A stretch of 64,000 bases of DNA, taken from Eledone cirrhosa. Taxonomy: Eukaryota. This document shows positions 1 through 11,825 of this stretch, in pieces. The position numbers and the translations under genes are program-made. The stretch covers positions 24,379 to 88,378 of the forward strand of contig CAXHJY010000447.1 of assembly GCA_964016885.1 (NCBI GenBank). Reading direction: 5' to 3'. The notes beneath the pieces are model-generated. The model had not been told where the DNA came from and did not search any database. It was given only the letters and a program-made list of their open reading frames with translations. How positions within the stretch are numbered: the first letter of the stretch is position 1; each line of letters starts with the position of its first letter.

Positions 1-294
1 TGTTGTGTGCAATGTGTAAATACAGTAAGTAGGATCAAATCACTGTTGCAGCATATACAATCGTTTCAATATTGATCAGCTCAGGGTACAATCATAATGC
101 CTGGATCCTGACTCTTCCTCAAAATCTCATGAGAAATGCAATTTTATATGTGTAAAGATATATCCAAACTCATACATATATATGTATATTTCTGTTCAAA
201 GTCAGAGGGTGAAGGTTGTTGATATATTTGTCTACTTTAATAGTTTTGTCTCAGGGAAGGGTCATAGGACTCCATAATCGAACTAAGGATCGTA

Positions 295-470
295 AATGTC
301 AGCGAAGCATTCAGTAAGCTGGGGAGAGGAGTCTGGTCAGACAGCAGATTCTTGATTGGCACTAATACAAGTGTCTACCAATCCTGTGTCCTGACTGCTT
401 TCTAGTACTCTTCTGAGACTTGGACCACATACTCTCAAGACATTAGAAAAATTCTATCAAAAATCCCTAA
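295..470 (+). pseudogene. RTE-clade LINE C-terminal fragment
   Basis: Manual translation SEAFSKLGRGVWSDSRFLIGTNTSVYQSCVLTAF*YSSETWTIY matches the AF.KL...W....K..VY....LLYG.ETWT motif of RTE ORFs; contains a stop codon. Confidence 0.7.
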
Positions 471-474
471 GGCC

Positions 475-2535
475 TTGATTTCCAAGATCTTTTACACCTT
501 CATGGTGATATTATCTGCATAAGCCAACACAGCCTTTCGACATGCAAGTGAGAGCAGGATTCCCTGCAACAGCTCCAGCTTCCACAGTAAAGGCTTGAGA
601 GTCAATATGCATGGAAGGGAGGAGATAAGGCATCACTAAAATGGTTCCAAATGAAAGCCTTTAACTTTGACCACCGAGCAGATGCTGCTGTGCATTACAG
701 TGATCCAACCTCTAAAGATGGGACCAAAGCTAGCTGCCTTGAGAACAACCTCCATGTTTCGATGGTTGACCCTATCAAAAGCTTTCAATTGATCGAAATT
801 GATCAGTGCACCAATGAAGCTAGGTTTACACCCACTCACTCTATGATGTATCACATGAGGCAGAGGTTGTCATGTATGGAGCTTGTCTGGATTGTGCAAG
901 CTTGCACTTCTCCTACTAAATCCTCAAATACAAGCGCCAACCTCTTCACTTCAGCAGTGTTTGGGGCACTTTGAAGGTGTAGGTGCCCAAAATCTCCCCC
1001 TCTTTCTCAATGAGTTTAAGTTACAAGAGCCATAAGAATTTTGTTGACCCTTCTTAGTAACATAAAGTTGGGTGTATCTGTTGCTGTTGGTGTCTGCAAG
1101 TGTTTTCTTTTGTGGTTGTGTCGGTGTTGTTGATGGTTGTGGTGTTGGTGTTGTTGTGGGTGTGCCTATGTTTTCTGTTGGTGTATATTTTGTGCTTGTT
1201 GGTGTGTGTGGAGGGGAATTTTTCTTTTGCTTTTATATGTTTTCTATTTTTTTGCTTTTTGGGGTTCCCCCTCATCTTCCCATGGTGATGTGGAGAAACT
1301 GGTGTCAGGGACTCTGTATCAGAGGGGAGTAGAAGTATGTTTGCAGGTGTGTGAATGTTGTTTTGTGTTTGAGTATGTTTGGAAGAGAGAGAGAGCTTGT
1401 TTGGATGACTCGCTGGGTGGTTTTAATGGTTCTTGTTGGTGTTGGTTCCTTTCCTGTTGATGCTGGGGTTGCCTTTTGTCCTGGTACCAGCGTTGGCTCT
1501 AACAGAGGGTTTTGGTCCCCAGAAGTTTTCAGTTCGGGGCCAAAGGATTGCAGGTGTGTGGCTTCAATACAAACGAAACAATGCCGCTGTATGCCCTTTG
1601 TGACTACCTGAATTTTATACCTGTCCGGTAGTTTTATATGGTCCAGGATATTTTTTAAGTCTTCGGATCTGATTTGGAGAAGAATCTCCAAAACGGAGAC
1701 GGACCACCTTTCCCTCTTTGTAAACTTGATGTCGAGGATGGTGTCAGGCCCCCCTGCTGCCATGCATCCCAGGAGCCACAATCATTCCAGTCCCGGTGGA
1801 ATCCTGGGAACATATGCCCTTACTGTCCTTCTCCCCATGTAGGACAGGTATATTATTGTTTGGTCCATTTTGCAGGGGATCACAGAATGCTTCATAGCAA
1901 GGGCCTCAGTTTTAAAGAGCACCAAGATGCTTTCAAATTTTTGGCCCTTCCTATATGATCTATATCATTATTGTTGATGCATTTCAGTGCCGCTTCAACC
2001 TGTCCTTCAGAGGCTGTCTTGGATTTCACTGAAATGCATCTATATTTTAATGCTCTCCTTTCCTTTGCTGCCATTACTGCTGGCAGGATGTTTAAGTTAA
2101 CCTAGGTATTTTCTCTTGTTATAATTGTTTTTGCTTGGCACTAACGTTCGTTTGTCCTGTTAAGTTGATATTGTAAAGCATTTGACTTATTGCCACTGTG
2201 GCTGCGAAAGTACACCTGTTGTCACTGTTCATGTTGTCATTCTTTTTTGTTACTGTTTTGCTGCTTTTCGTTGTTGCTGATAGTGTTGTTGGTGAAGTTG
2301 TTTGTGTTGTCATTGTTCCTGCTGTTGATGGTGTTGTCATTTTTGTTCACGTTAGTGTTCTCACTACTGTTAGTGTAGTTGTTCTTGGTGCTTCTGTTGG
2401 TGATACTGCCTAATGTGGTGTTGGTGTTCATATTTGTTGTGGGAGAGGCAACATTATTTATCTCAACATTCAAGACACTTTCAAGTAACAGTTGACTGAA
2501 CGTTGGGGGTCAGTGGAGCGTCGTGCTCCGTCCAT
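475..2535 (-). mobile_element. Decayed Tx1/L1-like non-LTR retrotransposon (ORF1 remnants plus RT fragment)
   Basis: 636-854 gives LINFDQLKAFDRVNH...FGPIFRGWI...KVKG (L1/Tx1 RT motif DQxKAFDRV). 1305-2074 gives ORF1-like pieces with a degenerate zinc knuckle (CFVC...HL) and a Thr-rich low-complexity N-terminus. The endonuclease region appears deleted. Confidence 0.7.
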
Positions 2536-2589
2536 GTATTTTGAAAATGTTTTTATTAAAGCAAAGTTCGAATATTTAGGCCCAAGGTA

Positions 2590-2925
2590 TGTGATAAAGA
2601 AAAAAAGTTGATAGATATGAGAGGTTAGCTTGAGTGATTAAACAGTTGTGGTTACTGAAAAAGGTGGTAGTAATACCAATAATAGTTGGAGTCTTGGGAA
2701 CAGTGATTAGACATTTGAGAAGTATGTTAAACAAATAGGAATTTCAATATGGATGGAACTCTTACAAAAAGCATCATTACTTAGAACAGCTCGAAACTTC
2801 CAGAGGGTACTAAAGAAATAAGGAGTGTTACCTCAGTTCCCTGGTAGTGAACAGCTAACATTGTAATACATCTCCAGTGTTAAAAACTGAGCAAAGAAAC
2901 AACAACAATAATAATAATAATAATT
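2590..2925 (+). mobile_element. R4/Dong-like non-LTR 3' fragment (restriction-like endonuclease C-terminus) ending in (AAT)n
   Basis: Translation (with frameshifts) KVDRYERLA..IKQLW..KVVVIPIIVGVLGTV...ELLQKASLLRTAR; followed by an AAT repeat. Confidence 0.7.
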
Positions 2926-3305
2926 GTTTCTACTTTTGGCACAAGGCCAGCAATTATCCCAGTGTATTACTGGTACTTTATTTTATCGACCCCGTAAGGA
3001 TGAAAGGCAAAGTTAACCTTGGCGGGATTTGAACTCAGACCATAAAGGGCCGTAACTCTTTGCTGCAAAGCATGGCATCCGACCCTCTACCGATACTGCC
3101 AATCCCCCAATAATAATAATAATTGTTTCTACTTTAGGCACAAGGCCAGTAATTACCCAGTACATTACTTGTACTTTATTTTATCGACCCCGTAAGGATG
3201 AAAAGCAAAGTTAACCTCAGCGGGATTTGAACTCAGATCATAAAGGGACGTAACTATGCTAGAAAGCATGGCGTCCGACCCTCTACCGATACTGCCAATC
3301 CCCCA
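2923..3305 (-). mobile_element. Two tandem tRNA-derived SINEs (2923-3108 and 3123-3304)
   Basis: Minus strand has A box TGGCAGTATCGG, B box GAGTTCAAATCC, central GCCTTTCATCCTTACGGGGTCGATAAAATAAAGTACCAG domain and (ATT)n tails. Confidence 0.85.
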
Positions 3306-5639
3306 ATAATAATAATAATAATAGTTACAATGTAATTCAATTAATTTACATTGAAAAATATTAGCTTTTAGATTTCTTGATACAAACTATTTTTTTTTAA
3401 TATGTCATGTTGACATAACACTTTATGCTTGATTCTTTCATATTTTTATATTTTTTCATTATTATAATTATTATAATTATGTTTGTTATCTTCTAATCAT
3501 CAATCTTTACTAAGAGAAGTTTCTCAGTGAATAATAGAATAATAACAGACCATACACATGATTCTCTTCACTTTCCCTTTTTGCTATTAAAACACTGTAA
3601 TAGAATTATAAATATTAAGTTGAAAACACACCAGCTTTCTTTTGTTTTTGCATTTATTTTAATATATTGTTTTGTTTTTTATGCTTACTTTTAAAACTGA
3701 TATGGATTTCAGCTTATCTTTATTAAATTTACAAGGATTGATAAATAACGATGTCTTTCGTTCATTTCTGCCTTAAGTGCTAATGAAAGATTAAAAAGGT
3801 AGGGGCTCATGTCATACTCCCACAACATATCACCTATCTGTCTTTCATTTTCCTTCACTGATTCTGCCTCTCCTTTTCACTTTCTCACTCTCACTCATTC
3901 AAGTTCTCTTTTTTTTTCACTCCATCCTGGAGACACACACACACATTTACACATAATTTTATCTACTCATTGCTTGCTTCGTTTATCTTTCTTATCAAGA
4001 AAGCTTAACCAGATCTTGACTGAAGGGCTTTACTCTGGGATCAATGAAATAATTGCTCTTTCTATAAACACGCAGTTGAAATTTTCACTATTGTTGATAA
4101 TAGCAATAACAATAGCAACAACAACAAAAATATAAAATAAACTCTCAATAATCATAAAATCCTGTTTTTATTCATTAACATGTTTTACAGTAGTTTACTG
4201 TTTTGTAGAAATGAGATGATGATGATGATGATAATAATAATAATATTGTTACAAACCTGAAATCTTGAAAATAAATATATAAATCATAACTAAAACTATA
4301 TACTGATAATGACAATAACATTTGTTATTGTATTAATTGACAGTTATTATCTTTATTGCTATTACTATCTTCTTTATATCTGTTATCAACATCGTTGTTA
4401 TCATCATCACCATCACCTTCATCATCATAATTATATCATTTAAGTTTACAACTTTTATGTTGTAGAAATTAGTTTCAGGTGTTATTTGTATGGCTTTATA
4501 ATTATTCATCTTCTCTCTCTCTCTCACTGGTTTTAGCTCTATATCTCTTGTGGTTTAAGAAATGACTACAGATTATCCCAACCCATGCAAAAAAGTCAAA
4601 TACAACCCTTTCATCATCATGTTTCTCCTGAAATACACTGCCTACGATTTCCATATAATTTTTTTTTTATATAACCATGTATTTGGAAGAATTTAGCAAA
4701 ATATCTAACTTTGTCATTATTATGTTTAGAGTAACAAAATGTCTTATAGAAAATTAATATGTAATGATTTTAGATAAATATAAAATATAAACCATTTAAA
4801 ACAGTTTTGTATCATAAAAGCAGACCCAGTTTTATGCAGTTTTCAATAAAATAAGTTAAATAATTATTTTAAGTAATTTTATATTTAAATTACCCAACCT
4901 CATCCCCCACCTCACACACACTCCTTTTAACATTCTAACTTCAATATTTACATGCTTGCATCTGTTGAATGGCTTTATAAATTTAAATAGCCAGTTTATA
5001 TCCAGTTTTGAATAGATACAATATATCCATCTATTTTGTAAAAGGCTACTGAACAGGTTGGAACCAGAAAGGATAATTTGCCATATAATATTGCCTTATA
5101 ATAAAACATATAATGAGTATGAAGCTTGTCATGGTGTATCTAAGGCTAGCCACTACTTTAGTAGAAAAGATGGCATAAAAGCTTTATTTTAGTTTATAAT
5201 AGAAATTATTGCAGTTTGAATTTTAACTATATATCTACACTGTAGATTTAGAATATCACAATTCTCTTTTAACTCTTTACCTAATTATATATTCTTTTGC
5301 AAATATTTATTAATATTTATAAAATAGGCATTGAAAAGATAATTTCAGAATTCTATTATTAAATGTGAGAGGAGACTAGCTCATTGAATTACAGCTGATG
5401 CCCATAGTCCTAATAATGCTGCTAATCATCAAGCATTGAAAATAGTGCCCCATGCTGTCATATCAATAGTGTAACTTGTAACTATCTACGAGGACCATTA
5501 ACCACATTGATCTTACTGGACTTGAAAAGCCTGTGAGAGCCATGGATACAACCTCTTCTTTCAGACCAAACTAATACAAATATAAGATTCCTCAGTTGGC
5601 AATAATAAAAAGTTAGTGACAATATTCTTTAAAAAAAAG

Positions 5640-5990
5640 GTAAATGAATATCCATCAGTTTCAATGATGTCAGTACTGTTCCATTTGGTCAATCAACAGA
5701 ACAGTCTCCTTGTTAAACCAATATACAAGTGGTTAAGTGTTTCACAGAAACATGTATCCTAAATGTAAATCTCAGGGTGATTCAGCATGACACAGTAGGT
5801 GACAGTGCTAGCCTTTTGCATTACAATCACACTCCATTCAACTGACTTCGAGTTTCTGTCAACTAAATTTTACCCAAAAGTTTCACTCAAGGCTAGAGTA
5901 AATGTCACTTGCCCAAAATACTATGCAATGGGATTGAACACAGGTTCTTATGATTGTGAAGCAAACTTCTTAACCATTTTGCCATGTTAC
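5640..5990 (-). mobile_element. Degenerate CORE-type SINE
   Basis: Minus strand CATGGC..AATGGTTAAG (A box), GTTCAATCC (B box), TTGGGCAAGTGAC core. Confidence 0.6.
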
Positions 5991-7160
5991 ATCCACACAT
6001 ATATTCTGTAAATTGTATAAGAATAGGTATAAATCTATATTTAGCATGAATTATAATTGATTTTCTCACAAGAAAGCCTCATTTTATTTCCATTGTTTCA
6101 TGCATGCATGGTTGGACGGGTCCTTCTCAGTACAGCATCTCTCCACTTTTCATGTTCCTTTGTAATATCCTCCATGAGCTTTAGCAATATAAAACCAGCA
6201 CTTATCACTTCTATCCAGGTCTTTCTTGGTCTTCCTCTACTGCAGCTTCTTTCACTGGAATATCAAATGTACTTAGTAAGAACCAATATCTTAAAGGTTC
6301 CTTTTAAATTGGCGTAACTAACAATATGAAAAGTCTTCGCCTTATGACCAATGACTACTGACATATATTACTAGAGACAATAAATAAGACATGCATAACA
6401 TAGCCAAGCTAATTTCTGTTATGAGAGAGATAAGAATTGTATCATGTCAAGGGTACTTGTCGTTTTTGTAATCCTAAATTAAACAGATCTCCTGCTTGAT
6501 ATTCGTACCATATAACCCTGTACAGCCTGCTTCATGGACAAGTGGTTTATGACTAAACTGGCTCCTTGACCATACGAAAGTCTGGTGAGGAGGGTAGGTG
6601 GAACCATGGAAGCACAAAAAGCAAGAGTTGTTATAAGAGCAAATAAACGCTTCAGACTCAACGACCATCCACCCCAACGATGAGTTAAATAAGCTCACCA
6701 ACCTGAAATTGGCTAAACATGGTGATTATGGCTATACTTCTGACATAAACAAAACCAAACAGAAAGCAGTGGAAGTCAACCAGTGGGGGATTACTCCAAT
6801 GAAAGTGAGAAAGCTCTTGATTTGATTGGATGGTCAAAAGCATTTCAGCCATGTCCATTTTGCCCTTAATTGTATCTGGGACTACATTGTATAATATATA
6901 TTTATTTATTATAAGATGAAAGAATGCCATTTAAAGGGATTTTGCTGATATTTCTAGCAGGTTGAATGACAGCATAAGTTACAGTTGCAGGGCAAATGTT
7001 ACTTGGAATTGCATCTTTCATTGATGATAAATGCTGTCACTGCTGCAAGCACAAAGTGTTAGCTAAATTCTCACAAAAGAAACAAAATATATATGTATGA
7101 CATATGTCTAAATGTCTAACTCTAAGTATCAGGGAAAATAGACTTTAAATTATGTCAATG

Positions 7161-7222
<62 letters not shown>

Positions 7223-7238
7223 ATATGTGTATGTATAT

Positions 7239-7310
<72 letters not shown>

Positions 7311-7311
<1 letters not shown>

Positions 7312-7428
7312 ATTGTTTCTACATTTGGCACCAGGCCAGCAATTACCCAGTGACTTACTGGTACTTTATTTTATCGACCCCGTAAGGATGGAAGGCAAAG
7401 TTAACCTCGGCGGGATTTGAACTCATGA
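7311..7428 (-). mobile_element. 5'-truncated copy of the 2.9-3.3 kb SINE family
   Basis: Near-identical to 2923-3040; flanked by (CA)n/(TA)n. Confidence 0.8.
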
Positions 7429-8737
7429 CACATATATATATATAATGCTTGTGTTTAATCTTTCTTTGAAGAAGGTTTCTTTTAATTCTTGATATCTATA
7501 TAGATTATATTCATTCAGATTTATGAGCATGTGGACATCAATGTGACAGAGGTTAGAATGCGATTAATTTTGAGCACAACAGCATTGCTTTCATTGTCAA
7601 GCCTAAAGATCTCTCTATAAATATTTGAACACAAAAATATTTTTAAAGCAAGACTAGATATATATTTAGTCAACTCATTTGACTAATACATATATCAGTT
7701 CTGTGGGTGCTGTTTACTTATTGGTGAATCTAAACCAGTGATTAATTGAATTATTAATATCTATATACATTTTATTTAAACTGATTAAAGAGTCAGTCAC
7801 CATGGTGAAATTGAATTATGATACTTTATGTGCGTAAGGATTATCTAGAGTTTCAACCTACATAAAACTAGCTTGGCTGAAACTGGTATGGATCAGGGAT
7901 AAATTTCTACACATTTTAAAGTATTCATATTCAAACCCAAAAATCTTATCAACATTTTATATAAAGAGATTTTAGGGAGTATATCACATGAGTTATATGA
8001 TCACAAAAGGGTTAAAACTAAAACTTCTTCAGTTTTAACCATTTAAATCCTACATAGATATTATCTTACATAGAATTGCTACATTTGTATATAATATTTA
8101 AAAAGAATGTTTCTGGGAGTCTGCATGAAATCTCATCAACTACTATACATGGCAGCTAAATCTGCCTTAAATCACATTCTGCAACTTAAAATAAGGAGGC
8201 ATTTGATAAGATTGAATGTTTATGATCATAGGACAATTTGTTCAGGGCTGATCTATGGCTAAACATCATCAAAAAGAAGGTCAAAGCAACAGTAAAATGG
8301 CAATTAGCAAAACAAATTTAATCAGAGGTTATAAGAATGTGACAAGTTGCAGTATTGGGTGGAAATTATTAATGAAGCAATGACACAGATTTGAGATCTT
8401 TGGCGTTATGCAGTAATACAGAAGACCCACCTTCCCATGCACACAGATTAAAATATATATCTATTATGCACAACTTAACAACTTTCCTCCCTCCCCTTCC
8501 ATACAACACCCACATCCTAACACCCCCACACATATCTGATCACACCATCCTTTACCCATACCTTTACACCCCTGCACCAGTCCCCCAGTTCACACTGTAA
8601 AGTGGTCATGTAGGTGTCACGACAAGAAGCACCCAACCCACATGGTGTGGCACATTGGGAAAGTGACTTCTTCTATAATCTTGGGTTAACCAATACCTTG
8701 TGAGTTAATTTGATAGATAGAAACCCATATATATATA

Positions 8738-9027
8738 TCATCATCATCATCATTGTCGTTTAACGTCTATCTTCTACGCTAGCATGGGTTTAGATGGAAG
8801 TTGTCCCATGTGACACAAGATTGGTGGTCTTGCTCGTATAGGACTGTCTGGCGGGTTTTCTATGGCTGGATGCTCTTCCTAACACCAACCACGCTTACAG
8901 TGTGGACTGAGAGGTTTTTACCGTGTTACCTACACGGCCACATTACAGCGTGGACTGTGTGTTTTTTTGTTGTGACACCTACACGACTTCATTTATTTCA
9001 GACTGGATGTTGTGGCACCGACATAAC

Positions 9028-9028
<1 letters not shown>
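8738..9028 (-). mobile_element. 3' UTR fragment of the RTE family at 59.1-62.9 kb with (GAT)n tail
   Basis: Reverse complement matches 62630-62925 (CGTGTAGGTGTCAC..AAAAAAACACACAGTCCACGCTGTAATGTGGCCGTGTAGG). Confidence 0.85.
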
Positions 9029-9126
<98 letters not shown>

Positions 9127-9127
9127 C

Positions 9128-9275
9128 GGTGGGTTTCTATCTATCAAATTAACTCACAAGGCATTGGTTAACCCAAGATTATAGAAGTCACTTTCCCAAG
9201 GTGCCACACAGTTGAACTGAATCCTAAGTCAAAAGGTTGTGAAACCAACTTTTTAAACACATTGCCATACCAGCA
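9128..9275 (-). mobile_element. CORE-type SINE
   Basis: Minus strand A/B-box-like head followed by CCTTGGGAAAGTGACTTCTA core. Confidence 0.65.
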
Positions 9276-10598
9276 CTTAAGTAGTGAAGATTTTGAATTG
9301 ATAACGATGATAGTGTTGATGATAATTATGATGATAGTACGATGTTGAAGTAGCAACAGTAATGATGATGACAGTCGTGGTGGTTGAGGAGTTGGCAGTA
9401 GCAGTGGTGATAGTGGTGGTGGTAATGGTGATGATAAGGCTAAGGGGTGTAATATGTAAATGGTGACAATGTTTGTCCTTTCCTCTTACTGGAACTGAAA
9501 AATATTTATATAATTTATCATGAATAATATATGTCCAAATATTTCTCAATTAAGACCTAATCTCTCCCAAAGGACATTTCTTTTGCAGAACTATTTTGAA
9601 CAAACAGCAAACAAAAATCAGCAACAACAAGAACAATAACAATAACTATAACGTTGAAAATGTTTCTCAAAAGAAAATTTATCAATCAATTTCATGTGCT
9701 GCAGAATTTTTAGACCAGAAAAATGACCTTACTTTAAAATAAAACAATAATTATTGTTGCTACGGTCACTATGACTACCGCCACCACCACTACCATCATC
9801 ATCATTATCATCATAATTATCACCATCACCACCACCACCATCATCCTCATCATCATTATCATCATTTTATGCTTGCTTTCGATGCTGACATGGATTTAGA
9901 TAGTCTGGGACTAGGCTGGTCGAAGAAACCTGTTTTGTTCATATTTCTGGCATAGTTTATAAGGCTGAATGCCTTTTCTAATATCAAGCAGTTTACAGAG
10001 TGTACTGGGTGCATATCATGGTACCAACCCTATTGCTTTGCAGAGTGTATGAGGTACATTTCATCATGACGCCAAAACTGTCACTTTATTGCAAACAGCA
10101 AAACTACCACTTTATGTTATACACATTCATATGTTAGTTAATTTTCAGTGTTGCATTTTATCACTGTAATCAACAAGCTATGTTGCCGTCAGGCACTCCA
10201 TGTTAGTTTTACTCATCTAAATAAGATATGGTATTGCTAAGACCGGTATCCAGCAGAGTATTGGTATGTTAGTAAATATGAAAACATGGTTCTACATTTC
10301 CATACATCAATTTGTTAAATAACCTATTTAATAAATTAATTCTGTCTTTTGTTGAATCAACAAGTCTGACGAGTGGATCGATGCTAGAGTCAGGTCCATA
10401 GCTTCCATAGGTGACTGTGAGCTATTCATCTGTGAAACGTTCATAACAGGTTCATAATCAATAAAATCATGTAAATGAAACTTCAGTGTTTTATCCTATT
10501 ATATAAATATATATATATACTTTTTGATCCTTGCTGAACCCTCAGTTGTTGTTTGGTATGAGGGAATACACCACACCATATCATCCTCGTTTAACGTC

Positions 10599-10633
<35 letters not shown>

Positions 10634-10656
<23 letters not shown>

Positions 10657-10853
10657 AACAAGTAGGACCCCGACGGCTGAGCTCAAGCCATTTCGATGGC
10701 TAATTCTGGACTCTGAGTCCAGAATTAGCCGTCGAAACGGCTTGAGCTCAGTCGTCGGGGTCCTACTCGTTCCTATTACCCTCTCTACTACCCTAAGTAT
10801 TGAGTACTTTGGTGCGTTATGGTCCACCTGGTTCCTTACCACATTTCCTTCGT
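10634..10853 (+). mobile_element. Fold-back element in (TA)n: ~80 bp arms with 1-nt loop at 10714 plus a ~60 bp tail
   Basis: 10634-10713 is the reverse complement of 10715-10794 with few mismatches; flanked by TA repeats. Confidence 0.85.
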
Positions 10854-10992
10854 TATATATATATATATATATATATAATAAAGAATTCATATCTAGTAAC
10901 ATATATATACATACAGATGCATATCAATGCTAGCAAATATATAGGTTTTGTCTTAATAACAGTGTGGTTCAATGCATGGTGTTGTAGAACAA

Positions 10993-11305
10993 TAATATAA
11001 GAGACGTAAAATAAGAAAATTATAAAATTAACTTACTTACTAAAATATCACTTCCAACTAATTAGTTTCTGAAATGGAGTAAATATATTTTCCGAAGAAT
11101 AATATAGAGAAGCATTCCGTCGTCTGGAAAGTCTATCCTCATGTAAGTTTCCAGGCAAAGGGGGTAGAATAGACTTTCCTGACGACGGAATGCTTCTCTA
11201 TATTATTCTTTGGAAAATATATTTACTCCATTCCAGAAACTAATTAGTTGGAAGTGATATTTTAGTAAGTAAGTTAATTTTATAATTTTCTTATTTTACG
11301 TCTCT

Positions 11306-11312
<7 letters not shown>
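10993..11312. mobile_element. Fold-back PLE 3' end (family A), ~145 bp arms with ~26 bp spacer
   Basis: 10993-11139 is the inverse of 11166-11312; the same sequence recurs at 63452-63545 next to a GIY-YIG ORF. Confidence 0.85.
11173..11255 (+). ncRNA. Type I hammerhead ribozyme (family A); the mirror copy at 11050-11132(-) has a CAGACGA core mutation
   Basis: ACTTTC-CTGACGA-cGGAATG...CATTCCa-GAAAC-TAATTA-GTT|GGAAGT: stems I and II pair and loop III is palindromic. Confidence 0.85.
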
Positions 11313-11394
<82 letters not shown>

Positions 11395-11529
11395 GCAAGT
11401 AAATATTAAGAGGAATATAAGGAAAAAAAACCAGTAAGTGAACATAATTAATGGGACTTTTTCTACTTGTACAGTTTGTGACAAAATCTCCCTGGACTTC
11501 AATCACACATGAGAGCACACAAAAGTACA

Positions 11530-11825
11530 CTTCCTACTGACTTCAGAACATGACAACCAGTTCACACTTATCAATGCCATATATGTCACAAAAAAATGCA
11601 AATTTAAAGGAGGTCTAAAGAGACATTTCAATGTTCATCAAGATCAAACAACTCAGACAGTTGAAGCAATACCAAAACTAAAGTGCAATTTATGCAGACA
11701 ACATTTTAAAAGTATGTCTGGTCTAAAAAGCCACATGGATTATCATGCCAGAACTGAGCTCCTTGTACATTGATGTGGTCAAGCTTTGTATTGAGCAGGC
11801 AACTGTCAGAGAGAGAGAGAGAGAT
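11530..11825 (+). pseudogene. RTE/BovB-like 3' end with C2H2 finger and (GA)n tail
   Basis: CNLCRQHFKSMSGLKSHM..H translation, preceded by a ..KFKGGLKR-like segment. Confidence 0.5.

Noticed and set aside
6400-6720. Possible host exon (higher-complexity segment with an AG acceptor-like site on the minus strand)
   Set aside because: Stop codons in the candidate frames, no recognisable protein motif and no clear donor site.
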